Origin: Escherichia coli
GTDB taxonomy: Bacteria > Pseudomonadota > Gammaproteobacteria > Enterobacterales > Enterobacteriaceae
DNA: 64,000 nucleotides
Reading direction: 5' to 3' (one strand)
Assembly (NCBI RefSeq): GCF_024700885.2
Contig: NZ_CP117016.1
In this document: positions 1-9,554 of the stretch, piece by piece
Layout of the letters: each line of letters begins with the position of its first letter
How positions within the stretch are numbered: position 1 is the first letter of the stretch
Translations under genes and position numbers: made by a program
The notes under the pieces: generated by a model
Told to the model about the DNA's origin: nothing
Databases searched by the model: none
What the model saw: the letters and a program-made list of their open reading frames with translations, nothing else

Positions 1-3000
1 AGCGTGTTCGCCGTCGAACCGTCCGCCTCTGAACCATCCTTAATGACCACCAGATCCGCGATCTTCGCCGTCCTGACATCGGCGATAAATGTCACGTTCT
101 GACTCTGAGTACTGCTGTTGATGGTTGCAGTGACTGCACTGACTCCCGCCGTCTGGCTGGTGACTGAGATCTCCAACGTCCCGTCCGGCTCTGTGATGAC
201 CGTCGGGGCTGTCGTTGCGCCGTTGTCCGCCAACACGCTGACCGTCTGCCCGGCTAGCGTGTTCCCGAACGCATCCGTCACCCTCACCCGCAGCGTGTTC
301 GCCATTGCGCCGTCAGCCACGGCGTTATCCTGCGTCACCTCCAGACTCGCGATCTGCGCCGTCCTGACATCGGCGATAAACGTCACGTTCCGGCTCGCGG
401 TACTGCTGTTGATACTGGCGGTGACGGCACTGGTGCCCGCCGTCTGGCTGGTGACACTGATCTCCACCGTGCCGTCCTGCTCGGTGATCACCGTCGGGGC
501 AGTCGTTACGCCGTTGTCCGCCAACACGCTGACCGTCTGCCCGCCAAGCGCATTACCGAACGCATCCGTCACCCTCGCCCGCAGCATATTCGCCATTGCG
601 CCGTCTGCCACTGAGTTATCCCGGGTGACCTCTAGATCCGCGATCTGCGCCGTCCTGACATCGGCGATAAATGTCACATCCCGGCTCTGACTGCTGCTGT
701 TGATGGTTGCGGTGACTGTACTGATCCCCGCCGTCTGGCTGGTGACAGAGATCTCCACCGTGCCGTCCGGCTGCGTGGTGACCGTCGGAGCAGTCGTGGC
801 ACCGTTGCCTGCCATCACGCTGACCGTCTGTCCGGCAAGCGCATTACCGAACGCATCGGTCACCCTCGCCCGCAGCATGTTCGCCATTGCGCCGTCAGCC
901 ACTGAGTTATCCTGCGTCACCTCCAGACTCGCGATCTGCGCCGTGCTGACATCGGCGATAAACATCACGTTCTGACTCAGGGTGCTGTTGTTGATGGTTG
1001 CAGTGACTGTACTGGTGCCCGCCGTCTGGCTGGTGACACTGATCTCCACCGTGCCATCCGGCTGAGTGGTCATCGTCGAAGCGACCGTTGCGCCGTTATC
1101 CGCCAACACGCTGACCGTCTGCCCGCCCAGCGTATTACCGAATGCATCGGTCACCCTCGCCCGCAGCGTGTTCGCCGTCGAACCGTCCGCCTCTGAACCA
1201 TCCTTAATAACCACCAGATCCGCGATCTTCGCCGTCCTGACATCGGCGATAAACATCACGTTCTGGCTCGCGGTGCTGTTGTTGATACTGGCAGTGACCG
1301 CACTGATTCCGGCGGTCTGGCTGGTGACAGAGATCTCCGCCGTCCCGTCCGGCTGCGTGGTGACCGTCGGAGCAGTCGTGGCACCGTTGCCTGCCAACAC
1401 GCTGACCGTCTGCCCGGCAAGCACATTACCGAACGCATCGGTGACCTTCACCCGCAGCGTGTTCGCCATTGCGCCGTCAGCCACGGCGTTATCCTGGCTA
1501 ACGACCAGATCCGCGATCTGCGCCGTCCTGACATCGGCGACAAATGTCACGTTCCGGCTCTGACTGCTGTTGTTGATACCGGCAGTGACTGTACTGGTGC
1601 CCGCCGTCTGGCTGGTGACACTGATCTCCACCATACCGTCCGGCTCTGTAATCACCGTCGGAGCAACCGTTGCGCCGTTGCCTGCCGTCACGCTGACCGT
1701 CTGCCCGGCAAGCGTATTACCGAACGCATCGGTCACCCTCGCCCGCAGCGTGTTCGCCATTGCGCCGTCAGCCACGGCGTTATCCTGGCTAACGACCAGA
1801 TCCGCGATCTGCGCCGTCCTGACATCGGCGACAAATGTCACGTTCCGGCTCTGACTGCTGTTGTTGATACCGGCAGTGACTGTACTGGTGCCCGCCGTCT
1901 GGCTGGTGACACTGATCTCCACCATACCGTCCAGCTCTGTAATCACCGTCGGAGCAACCGTTGCGCCGTTGCCTGCCGTCACGCTGACCGTCTGCCCGGC
2001 AAGCGCATTACCGAACGCATCGGTCACCCTCGCCCGTAGCGTGTTCGCCGTCAAACCGTCCGCCTCTGAACCATCCTTAATGACCACCAGATCCGCGATC
2101 TGCGCCGTCCTGACATCAGCGATAAATGTCACGTTCTGGCTCAGGGTGCTGTTGTTGATGCTGACGGTGACCGCACTGATTCCGGCGGTCTGACTGGTGA
2201 CACTGATCTCCACCGTGCCGTCCGGCTGCGTGGTGACCGTCGGAGCAGTCGTGGCACCGTTGCCTGCCATCACGCTGACCGTCTGTCCGGCAAGCGCATT
2301 ACCGAACGCATCGGTGACCCTCGCCCGCAGCATATTCGCCATTGCACCGTCTGCCACTGAGTCGTCCTTAATGACCACCAGATCCGCGATCTGCGCCGTC
2401 CTGACATCGGCGATAAACGTGACGTTCCGGCTCGCGGTACTGCTGTTGATGCTGGCGGTGACCGCACTGGTGCCCGCCGTCTGGCTGGTGACACTGATTT
2501 CCACCGTCCCGTCCTGCCCTGTGATGACAGTCGGAGCGACCGTTGCGCCGTTGCCTGCCATCACGCTGACCGTCTGCCCGGCAAGCGTATTACCGAACGC
2601 ATCGGTCACCCTCGCCCGCAGCGTATTCGCCATTGCGCCGTCAGCCACGGCGTTATCCTGCGTCACTTCCAGCACCGCAATCTGCGCCGTCCTGACATCG
2701 GCGATAAACGTCACGTCCCGGCTCTGGCTGCTGTTGTTGATGCTGGCGGTGACCGCACTGGTTCCGGCGGTCTGGCTGGTGACAGAGATCTCCACCGTGC
2801 CGTCCGGCTGCGTGGTGACCGTCGGAGCAGTCGTGGCACCGTTGCCTGCCATCACGCTGACCGTCTGCCCGGCAAGCGTATTACCGAACGCATCCGTGAC
2901 CCTCGCCCGCAGCGTGTTCGCCGTCGAACCGTCTGCCACTGAGCCGTCCTTAATGACCACCAGGTCCGCGATCTGCGCCGTCCTGACATCGGCGATAAAC

Positions 3001-5910
3001 GTCACGTTCCGGCTCGCGGTACTGCTGTTGATACTGGCGGTGACGGCACTGACTCCCGCCGTCTGGCTGGTGACACTGATCTCCGCCGTGCCGTCCGGCT
3101 CTGTAATCACCGTTGGGGCAACCGTTGCGCCGTTGCCTGCCATCACGCTGACCGTCTGACCGGTAAGCGCATTACCGAATGCATCGGTGACCTTCACCCG
3201 CAGCATATTCGCCATTGCACCGTCTGCCACTGAGTCGTCCTTAATGACCACCAGGTCCGCGATCTTCGCCGTCCTGACATCGGCGATAAACATCACGTTC
3301 TGGCTCGCGGTGCTGTTGTTGATGGTTGCAGTGACCGCACTGATTCCGGCGGTCTGGCTGGTGACAGAGATCTCCGCCGTGCCGTCCGGCTCTGTAGTGA
3401 CCGTCGGAGACACCGTTGCGCTGTTGTCTGCCGTCACGCTGACCGTCTGTCCATTCAGCGCATTCCCGAATGCATCGGTGACCCTCGCCCGCAGCATATT
3501 CGCCATTGCACCGTCAGCCACTGAGTCGTCCTTAATGACCACCAGATCAGCGATCTTCGCCGTCCTGACATCGGCAACAAACGTCACATCCCGGCTCTGG
3601 CTGCTGCTGTTGATGGTTGCAGTGACCGCACTGGTGCCCGCCGTCTGACTGGTGACACTGATCTCCACTGTGCCGTCCTGCCCTGTGATGACAGTCGGAG
3701 TGACCGTTGCGCCGTTATCCGCCAACACGCTGACCGTCTGCCCGGCTAGTGTGTTCCCGAACGCATCGGTCACCCTCACCCGCAGCGTGTTCGCCGTCGA
3801 ACCGTCCGCCTCTGAACCATCCTTAATGACCACCAGATCAGCGATCTTCGCCGTGCTGACATCGGCGATAAATATCACGTTCTGACTCTGGCTACTGCTG
3901 TTGATGGTTGCAGTGACTGCACTGACTCCCGCCGTCTGGCTGGTGACACTGATTTCCACCGTGCCGTCCGGCTCGGTGATCACCGTCGGGGCAACCGTTG
4001 CGCCGTTGTCCGCCATCACGCTGACCGTCTGTCCATTCAGCGCATTCCCGAACGCATCGGTGACCTTCACCCGCAGCGTGTTCGCCATTGCGCCGTCAGC
4101 CACTGAGTTATCCTGCGTCACCTCCAGACTCGCGATCTTCGCCGTCCTGACATCGGCAACAAACGTCACGTTCCGGCTCAGGCTGCTGCTGTTGATGCTG
4201 GCAGTGACCGCACTGGTGCCTGCCGTCTGGCTGGTGACAGAGATCTCCACCGTGCCGTCCGGCTGCGTGGTGACCGTCGGAGCAGTCGTGGCACCGTTGC
4301 CTGCCAACACGCTGACCGTCTGTCCGGCAAGCGCATTACCGAACGCATCGGTGACCTTCACCCGCAGCGTGTTCGCCATTGCACCGTCTGCCACTGAGTC
4401 GTCCTTAATGACCACCAGATCCGCGATCTTCGCCGTCTTGACATCGGCGATAAATGTCACGTTCTGACTCTGAGTACTGCTGTTGATGGTTGCAGTGACT
4501 GCACTGACTCCCGCCGTCTGGCTGGTGACACTGATTTCCACCGTGCCGTCCGGCTGCGTGGTGACCACCGGAGCAACCGTTGCGCCGTTGCCTGCCGTCA
4601 CGCTGACCGTCTGCCCGGCAAGTGTATTCCCGAACGCATCGGTCACCTTCACCTGCAGCGTATTCGCCATTGCGCCGTCTGCCACTGAGTCGTCCTTAAT
4701 GACCACCAGGTCCGCGATCTTCGCCGTGCTGACATCGGCAATAAACGTCACGTTCCGGCTCTGGCTGCTGTTGTTGATGCTGGCGGTGACCGCACTGGTT
4801 CCGGCGGTCTGGCTGGTGACAGAGATCTCCACCGTGCCGTCCGGCTGCGTGGTGACCGTCGGAGCAGTCGTGGCACCGTTGCCTGCCAACACGCTGACCG
4901 TCTGTCCGGCAAGCGCATTACCGAACGCATCGGTGACCCTCGCCCGCAGCATATTCGCCATTGCACCGTCTGCCACTGAGTCGTCCTTAATGACCACCAG
5001 GTCTGCGATCTTCGCCGTCCTGACATCGGCGATAAATGTCACGTTCTGACTCAGGGTGCTGTTGTTAATGCTGGCAGTGACCGCACTGGTGCCTGCCGTC
5101 TGGCTGGTGACACTGATCTCCACCGTGCCGTCCGGCTCTGTGGTGACGGTCGAAGCAACCGTTGCGCCGTTGTCCGCCAACACGCTGACCGTCTGTCCGG
5201 CAAGTGCATTACCGAACGCATCGGTGACCCTCGCCCGCAGCGTGTTCGCCGTCGAACCGTCCGCCTCTGAACCATCCTTAATGACCACCAGATCCGCGAT
5301 CTTCGCCGTCCTGACATCGGCGATAAATGTCACGTTCTGACTCTGAGTACTGCTGTTGATGGTTGCAGTGACTGCACTGACTCCCGCCGTCTGGCTGGTG
5401 ACTGAGATCTCCAACGTCCCGTCCGGCTCTGTGATGACCGTTGGGGCTGTCGTTGCGCCGTTGTCCGCCAACACGCTGACCGTCTGCCCGGCTAGCGTGT
5501 TCCCGAACGCATCCGTCACCCTCACCCGCAGCGTGTTCGCCGTCGAACCGTCCGCCTCTGAACCATCCTTAATGACCACCAGATCAGCGATCTTCGCCGT
5601 CCCGACATCTGCGATAAATGTCACATCCCGGCTCTGGCTGCTGGTGTTGATGCTGGCAGTGACCGCACTGGTTCCGGCCGTCTGGCTGGTGACAGAGATC
5701 TCCACCGTGCCATCCGGCTGCGTAGTGACTGTCGGAGCAGTCGTGGCACCGTTGCCTGCCAACACGCTGACCGTCTGCCCGGCAAGCGTATTACCGAACG
5801 CATCGGTGACCTTCACCCGCAGCGTGTTCGCCGTCGAACCGTCCGCCTCTGAACCATCCTTAATGACCACCAGCTCCGCGACCTGCGCCGTGCTAACATC
5901 AGCAACAAAG
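1..5910. repeat. Tandem array of about 20 near-identical ~291-bp units (a few differ by one codon), coding the repeated Ig-like domains of the adhesin
   Basis: Spurious plus-strand ORFs restart with the same peptide at 118, 700, 1570, 1861, 3901, 4483 and 5356. Spacings are multiples of 291 (+/-3). The periodicity is directly visible in the sequence. The array ends near 5910, where unique sequence begins. Confidence 0.92.
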
Positions 5911-8900
5911 TTCACCGTTTTACTATCGCTGCTTTGATTAACCTTAGCCTCAACAGTGCTGGCATCCGCTACGGTACTGCTCAGATCAACCTCTGCCATG
6001 CCATGCGCATCCGTCCTGATATCTGCGCTCTGCCCTGCATTGGCAAATACAGCCGCCCCCTTCGTCACCGTAAAGGTGACGGTCTGCTCCGGCAGCACAT
6101 TGCCAAACTGATCTTCCACCCGGACATTCACCGTATGTCGATCGCTGCCATTCGCCAGCACATCCGGGTTACCCGTTGTCACTTGCATCGCGACAATTTG
6201 TGCGCTGGCGGCATCGCCACTAATACTGTAATCATTTGAAGTCAAAGCGCTCGCCCAGCCGGACATCTGTAGCTGTGCTTTTAAACCGGTGCCAGGGAGT
6301 AATGCGGTATACGTTGCGGTATAAATTCCTTTTTGATCTTCATTCCAGGCGATGCTTTCCGCTTTTGTATTTGGCAGCTGGATAGCCTGGTTGATAGCGT
6401 ATCGTTGCCCCCCGACCAGGTTTTCATAGCTATCCTTGAGTGTCACCGTAACTTTTATCGCACCGCCCGCGGTGTAGGCCGTTTTGTCGGTAACGATGGA
6501 GGAATAAGCCAGCACAGCTCCGCTTTCGCGGATGGCATACGCATCGGATTGCTGCGCGCTACTCCATGTCGATAGTTTCAGCGTGGCGTAATGGCGATCG
6601 CCAGCAATCTTCGCGGTTCGGGTGGTGGTGTAAACGCCGTCAGACTCTTCGCTCCAGTTACCCGTTTCATTTTTATCTGTACCGCTCACCTCGACCACAC
6701 CGCTACCCGCCAGCAGCGAAGCCATCCCTTTCACCAGGTTTTTCTGCTCATCCATAAGGGTGACGGACACTTTTATCTGGCCACCCGCGGTGTATGTCAC
6801 ATCGTCCGTTTTGATGGTGGAGGTCAGCTGCGAGATATCGCCAGTGATAAAGCTCACTTCCACAGACTGACTACTGCCATTGATCTCGGCCTTGATAAGA
6901 CTGTTTACCGCCTGGTCACTGGCAAGGTTAATGCTGGCAATCCCGTCTTTATCTGTCGTCACAATACCGCCATTTGGATCGGCAAAAACCGCCGCACCAT
7001 TCACGACCGTGAAGGTAACATTTTGTCCCTGCAGTAAATTTTGATGCACATCCCTGACCGTCACAGCGACGGTATTGTGATCGCGTCTGGCAACTGCGTT
7101 ATTCGCGGTGATCTGCATCGCAGCGATTTTGGCGGTATCTTTATCACCCGCAATACTGAACGCATCCGAATGTTTGGTTTTCCAGCCGGGCATCGTCAGC
7201 TGGGCCGTTAATTTGTCGCCAATAAGATGGGCCGTATAGCTTGCTTTATAAATTCCCTCACTTTCTTCCGTCCAGGCACTAACGGCATCAGCCTTCGTGT
7301 TGTCTACTTTAACGGCTTGTTTAAGAAGTTCTTTTCTTCCGGTAACCCCGTTGCCGTTATCATCTCTCAGGGTCACTTTAACGACTATCGGCTTACCCGC
7401 GACGTAATTATCCTGGTCTGTCTCAATCGTGGAGTCAGCGCGGGATGCTGTATTCGCCACGATAGCAATCAGCGCCGGCGTCTTAGCAACATTGTCGCCG
7501 TTAAATTGCGGCATCAGCGATAACGCGCCAGACGTCTTCCCGGCGGTAACTATTTGGGTATAGGTTCCGTTACCGTTGTCTTTCCATTCGCTTAAGGCGA
7601 AATCCTGCAAACCTTTTGCCTGTGTTTTTAACGTCATACCGGGGATCGGCTTGCCGCTGGAATCTCGCGCGGTATAGGTCAGCGTTGAGGTTGATTTTCC
7701 ATCAGCAAGCAGGATTTGCAGATCGACAGAAAGCGTTGAATCGGCGAGGCTTAGTGTGGGTTTTTCCACGACCACCATACTTTCTTCACGCCGGGAGAAA
7801 TTTCCTTTCGAATCTTCCGCTGTAACCGCTATCGGGTAAGTGTTGTCGGTTTCAGGCATTGCCGTGAATCGGTAGGGAGGAATGGTGACCTGAATATCCT
7901 TGCCGGAAACAGCTACTTTTCCGCCCGCTGATTGCAGGGAGGCGGCTTCAATGTCATAACCTTTCAGCGCATATTTGGTTTGCAAGGAAGAAACCAGCGA
8001 TTTAACCTCACCCGGCTTGCCTTTCAACGGATCGGTCAGCGTCAGCCGCACCAGCTCTTTCTTGCGATATTCGAGGACAATATTGTTATTACGATCGACC
8101 AGGTCATAGCGACTGCCCACAAGGCTGCGTCGTGCTGCAACTTCAGCCGGATCGAGCTGTTTTTGCAGTGAATGACCGGGTTGCAACGTCAACTCCATAC
8201 CAATTCGGGTGTCGTTTTCTCCCTGTTTGCCCTGCCGTTGCTCGGCACTAAAGGAGATCAGGGGAACGGGGGTGTAACTCAAACCTGCGGTAATCGCGTG
8301 AGGATCATTTTGTCGCTCGTCTTTACCAAACAGCGCCACTTCATCGCCATAATATTGTTCATAGACCAGCTTGCCGCCCAGCTGCGGCCAGGCCGGTAAC
8401 CAGCCTTCGGCGCGAAGATCCCACCCGTTCGCCGGACGTGCTTCATAGTCATTGTCGAGTTCCGGTGCACTACGCCAGTTACTGAGGCGCAGATAACCGT
8501 TGCCGCTCAGTTTCAGGTAATCGCGCCAGTATTCAACGCCCATCCCGGTTCGGGTGTGATAGCGGGTCAGGTCATGATCGATAAACATATTGACGCCAGA
8601 CATCCAGCTCGATGTGAAATAACGCCAGCCGATACCGTGGTTGGTTTGAGTGCGATCATCCGTACGGTGAAGTGTGTGCTGGCTGAAGACCAGGTTATCC
8701 GGCGTTTCGTACCAGGGATGGAGAAATTCAAATGACGAGCTTTTAAGGCTGAAATCTTCATCCACACCAAGAGATACCCGGGCAGTTCCCCAACGGCTGA
8801 GCCAGTCCGTTGCCTGCGCAGAGGCAGAAGAAGCCACCCAGCCACGCGCCATACTTGCAGCCTGTTCGCTGTCCATATCGCGCGCTAAAAGTGTTCCGCT

Positions 8901-9353
8901 TTGCTGCGCCACTTCCGCGACCTGCATTTGCGGATCTTTGCCATCGCGCTCCATCTGCATTGCTTTCAGGTTGCGCGCTTCAGGGCTGTTACTGTTAATG
9001 AGGGGCACATCTATTTCATCGCCCTGACGCACATTGTCAAAGCCCCGCGCAAAGGTACGGAACTGATTCAGGCGACGTAATTCATCAACGGTGATACCAA
9101 AGCGTGCCGCGACCGTTGGTGGCGATTCCAACGCACCCAGGGTATATGGAATAGTTTTAACTTTCGGCAGGATCAGTGACGCGGCAGTATCCGAGTGCGC
9201 AGGATTAATATGCGTAGGGGCAGCAGCCATAACAGGGAAAATAGTTTGTGTTATCAGGCAAATACCGGCGGTCAGACGACGTAAACGATCCCCCAATCCA
9301 CATATGGTGTTATCGCCCCGACGATCGCCATTCCCATGCACTTTCCCTGCCAT
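1..9353 (-). CDS. Giant inverse-autotransporter (intimin/invasin-family) adhesin; 3' end lies beyond the left window edge
   Basis: Not in the ORF track because the minus frame has no stop inside the window. Manual translation from ATG at 9353 (revcomp of cat 9351-9353; in-frame TGA and TAG just upstream) gives MAGKVHGNGDRRGDNTICGLGDRLRRLTAGICLITQTIFPVMAAAPTH... It continues through a LysM-like segment, an intimin-type barrel block (WLSRWGTARVSLGVDEDFSLKSSSFEFLHPWYE...RPANGWDLRAEGWLPAWPQLGGKLVYEQYYGDEVALFGKD...GSRYDLVDRNNNIVLEYRKKE), divergent Ig-like domains, then 97-aa repeats (FIADVxTAKIADLVVIKDGSEADGSTANTLRVxVTDAFGNTLAGQTVSVLAxNGATTAPTVTTQPDGTVEISVTSQTAGTSAVTASINTSSQSRDVT). I hand-translated about 9353 down to 5300 with no stop. 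Openness of the rest is inferred from repeat identity and from the absence of a terminated long minus ORF in the track. Confidence 0.85.
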   Translation of the reverse strand, partial: MAGKVHGNGDRRGDNTICGLGDRLRRLTAGICLITQTIFPVMAAAPTHINPAHSDTAASLILPKVKTIPYTLGALESPPTVAARFGITVDELRRLNQFRTFARGFDNVRQGDEIDVPLINSNSPEARNLKAMQMERDGKDPQMQVAEVAQQSGTLLARDMDSEQAASMARGWVASSASAQATDWLSRWGTARVSLGVDEDFSLKSSSFEFLHPWYETPDNLVFSQHTLHRTDDRTQTNHGIGWRYFTSSWMSGVNMFIDHDLTRYHTRTGMGVEYWRDYLKLSGNGYLRLSNWRSAPELDNDYEARPANGWDLRAEGWLPAWPQLGGKLVYEQYYGDEVALFGKDERQNDPHAITAGLSYTPVPLISFSAEQRQGKQGENDTRIGMELTLQPGHSLQKQLDPAEVAARRSLVGSRYDLVDRNNNIVLEYRKKELVRLTLTDPLKGKPGEVKSLVSSLQTKYALKGYDIEAASLQSAGGKVAVSGKDIQVTIPPYRFTAMPETDNTYPIAVTAEDSKGNFSRREESMVVVEKPTLSLADSTLSVDLQILLADGKSTSTLTYTARDSSGKPIPGMTLKTQAKGLQDFALSEWKDNGNGTYTQIVTAGKTSGALSLMPQFNGDNVAKTPALIAIVANTASRADSTIETDQDNYVAGKPIVVKVTLRDDNGNGVTGRKELLKQAVKVDNTKADAVSAWTEESEGIYKASYTAHLIGDKLTAQLTMPGWKTKHSDAFSIAGDKDTAKIAAMQITANNAVARRDHNTVAVTVRDVHQNLLQGQNVTFTVVNGAAVFADPNGGIVTTDKDGIASINLASDQAVNSLIKAEINGSSQSVEVSFITGDISQLTSTIKTDDVTYTAGGQIKVSVTLMDEQKNLVKGMASLLAGSGVVEVSGTDKNETGNWSEESDGVYTTTRTAKIAGDRHYATLKLSTWSSAQQSDAYAIRESGAVLAYSSIVTDKTAYTAGGAIKVTVTLKDSYENLVGGQRYAINQAIQLPNTKAESIAWNEDQKGIYTATYTALLPGTGLKAQLQMSGWASALTSNDYSISGDAASAQIVAMQVTTGNPDVLANGSDRHTVNVRVEDQFGNVLPEQTVTFTVTKGAAVFANAGQSADIRTDAHGMAEVDLSSTVADASTVEAKVNQSSDSKTVNFVADVSTAQVAELVVIKDGSEADGSTANTLRVKVTDAFGNTLAGQTVSVLAGNGATTAPTVTTQPDGTVEISVTSQTAGTSAVTASINTSSQSRDVTFIADVGTAKIADLVVIKDGSEADGSTANTLRVRVTDAFGNTLAGQTVSVLADNGATTAPTVITEPDGTLEISVTSQTAGVSAVTATINSSTQSQNVTFIADVRTAKIADLVVIKDGSEADGSTANTLRARVTDAFGNALAGQTVSVLADNGATVASTVTTEPDGTVEISVTSQTAGTSAVTASINNSTLSQNVTFIADVRTAKIADLVVIKDDSVADGAMANMLRARVTDAFGNALAGQTVSVLAGNGATTAPTVTTQPDGTVEISVTSQTAGTSAVTASINNSSQSRNVTFIADVSTAKIADLVVIKDDSVADGAMANTLQVKVTDAFGNTLAGQTVSVTAGNGATVAPVVTTQPDGTVEISVTSQTAGVSAVTATINSSTQSQNVTFIADVKTAKIADLVVIKDDSVADGAMANTLRVKVTDAFGNALAGQTVSVLAGNGATTAPTVTTQPDGTVEISVTSQTAGTSAVTASINSSSLSRNVTFVADVRTAKIASLEVTQDNSVADGAMANTLRVKVTDAFGNALNGQTVSVMADNGATVAPTVITEPDGTVEISVTSQTAGVSAVTATINSSSQSQNVIFIADVSTAKIADLVVIKDGSEADGSTANTLRVRVTDAFGNTLAGQTVSVLADNGATVTPTVITGQDGTVEISVTSQTAGTSAVTATINSSSQSRDVTFVADVRTAKIADLVVIKDDSVADGAMANMLRARVTDAFGNALNGQTVSVTADNSATVSPTVTTEPDGTAEISVTSQTAGISAVTATINNSTASQNVMFIADVRTAKIADLVVIKDDSVADGAMANMLRVKVTDAFGNALTGQTVSVMAGNGATVAPTVITEPDGTAEISVTSQTAGVSAVTASINSSTASRNVTFIADVRTAQIADLVVIKDGSVADGSTANTLRARVTDAFGNTLAGQTVSVMAGNGATTAPTVTTQPDGTVEISVTSQTAGTSAVTASINNSSQSRDVTFIADVRTAQIAVLEVTQDNAVADGAMANTLRARVTDAFGNTLAGQTVSVMAGNGATVAPTVITGQDGTVEISVTSQTAGTSAVTASINSSTASRNVTFIADVRTAQIADLVVIKDDSVADGAMANMLRARVTDAFGNALAGQTVSVMAGNGATTAPTVTTQPDGTVEISVTSQTAGISAVTVSINNSTLSQNVTFIADVRTAQIADLVVIKDGSEADGLTANTLRARVTDAFGNALAGQTVSVTAGNGATVAPTVITELDGMVEISVTSQTAGTSTVTAGINNSSQSRNVTFVADVRTAQIADLVVSQDNAVADGAMANTLRARVTDAFGNTLAGQTVSVTAGNGATVAPTVITEPDGMVEISVTSQTAGTSTVTAGINNSSQSRNVTFVADVRTAQIADLVVSQDNAVADGAMANTLRVKVTDAFGNVLAGQTVSVLAGNGATTAPTVTTQPDGTAEISVTSQTAGISAVTASINNSTASQNVMFIADVRTAKIADLVVIKDGSEADGSTANTLRARVTDAFGNTLGGQTVSVLADNGATVASTMTTQPDGTVEISVTSQTAGTSTVTATINNSTLSQNVMFIADVSTAQIASLEVTQDNSVADGAMANMLRARVTDAFGNALAGQTVSVMAGNGATTAPTVTTQPDGTVEISVTSQTAGISTVTATINSSSQSRDVTFIADVRTAQIADLEVTRDNSVADGAMANMLRARVTDAFGNALGGQTVSVLADNGVTTAPTVITEQDGTVEISVTSQTAGTSAVTASINSSTASRNVTFIADVRTAQIASLEVTQDNAVADGAMANTLRVRVTDAFGNTLAGQTVSVLADNGATTAPTVITEPDGTLEISVTSQTAGVSAVTATINSSTQSQNVTFIADVRTAKIADLVVIKDGSEADGSTANT
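8055..8813 (-). other. Inverse-autotransporter beta-barrel domain region of the adhesin (about aa 181-433)
   Basis: Strong block similarity to the intimin/invasin/FdeC barrel as I remember it (HRTDDRTQxNxGxGWRYF, IDHDLxRxHTRxGxGxEYWRDYLKLSxNGY, RPANGWDxRAEGxLPAWPQLG, YEQYYGDEVxLFGKD, GSRYDLVxRNNNIVLEYRK). Confidence 0.8.
9003..9155 (-). other. LysM-like peptidoglycan-binding segment of the adhesin (about aa 67-117)
   Basis: Translated segment TIPYTLGALESPPTVAARFGITVDELRRLNQFRTFARGFDNVRQGDEIDVPL has the LysM pattern seen at the N-terminus of intimin-like proteins. Confidence 0.6.
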
Positions 9354-9554
9354 TTGTCATCCCTGTCGCTATGCGTTCGGATTAAATGACCTTTCTTTAA
9401 CATGAGGGAAAATGATGATTCATGATTAGCAAATGATGAATACAGGCGGAATAATGGAAATAACAACAAGATAAGAACAATACCTGATCAAGGATTATCA
9501 GGAGGAAGAACAGGAGAGCTTCCCGCCAGAGCAGTAACCCCTCCTGTAAATACG

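Noticed and set aside
1-5910. Regular periodic array considered as a possible CRISPR or satellite
   Set aside because: The period is 291 bp with no short repeat/unique spacer alternation. The array is entirely coding (97-aa domains) in one open frame.
118-5937. About twenty plus-strand track ORFs (77-320 aa) with repetitive Ala/Val/Thr/Ser/Leu-rich peptides (MMVAVTALTPAVWLVTEIS...)
   Set aside because: They restart and stop with the 291-bp repeat period. They are the antisense reading of the minus-strand adhesin repeats, whose own translation gives a conserved Ig-like domain. Their composition is typical of a GC-rich antisense frame, and none has a plausible RBS context.
9312-9320. RGD tripeptide near the adhesin N-terminus (residues 12-14)
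   Set aside because: It lies upstream of the hydrophobic signal/anchor segment and so would not be surface exposed. A tripeptide is expected by chance in a protein of more than 3000 aa.
5934-9405. Plus-strand ORFs of 62-148 aa (5934..6239, 6591..7037, 7227..7523, 8674..9027, 9091..9405 etc.) and short minus ORFs (8279..8470, 8567..8845, 9272..9469)
   Set aside because: All lie inside or out of frame with the adhesin coding frame. That frame gives strong intimin/invasin barrel and Ig-domain similarity.
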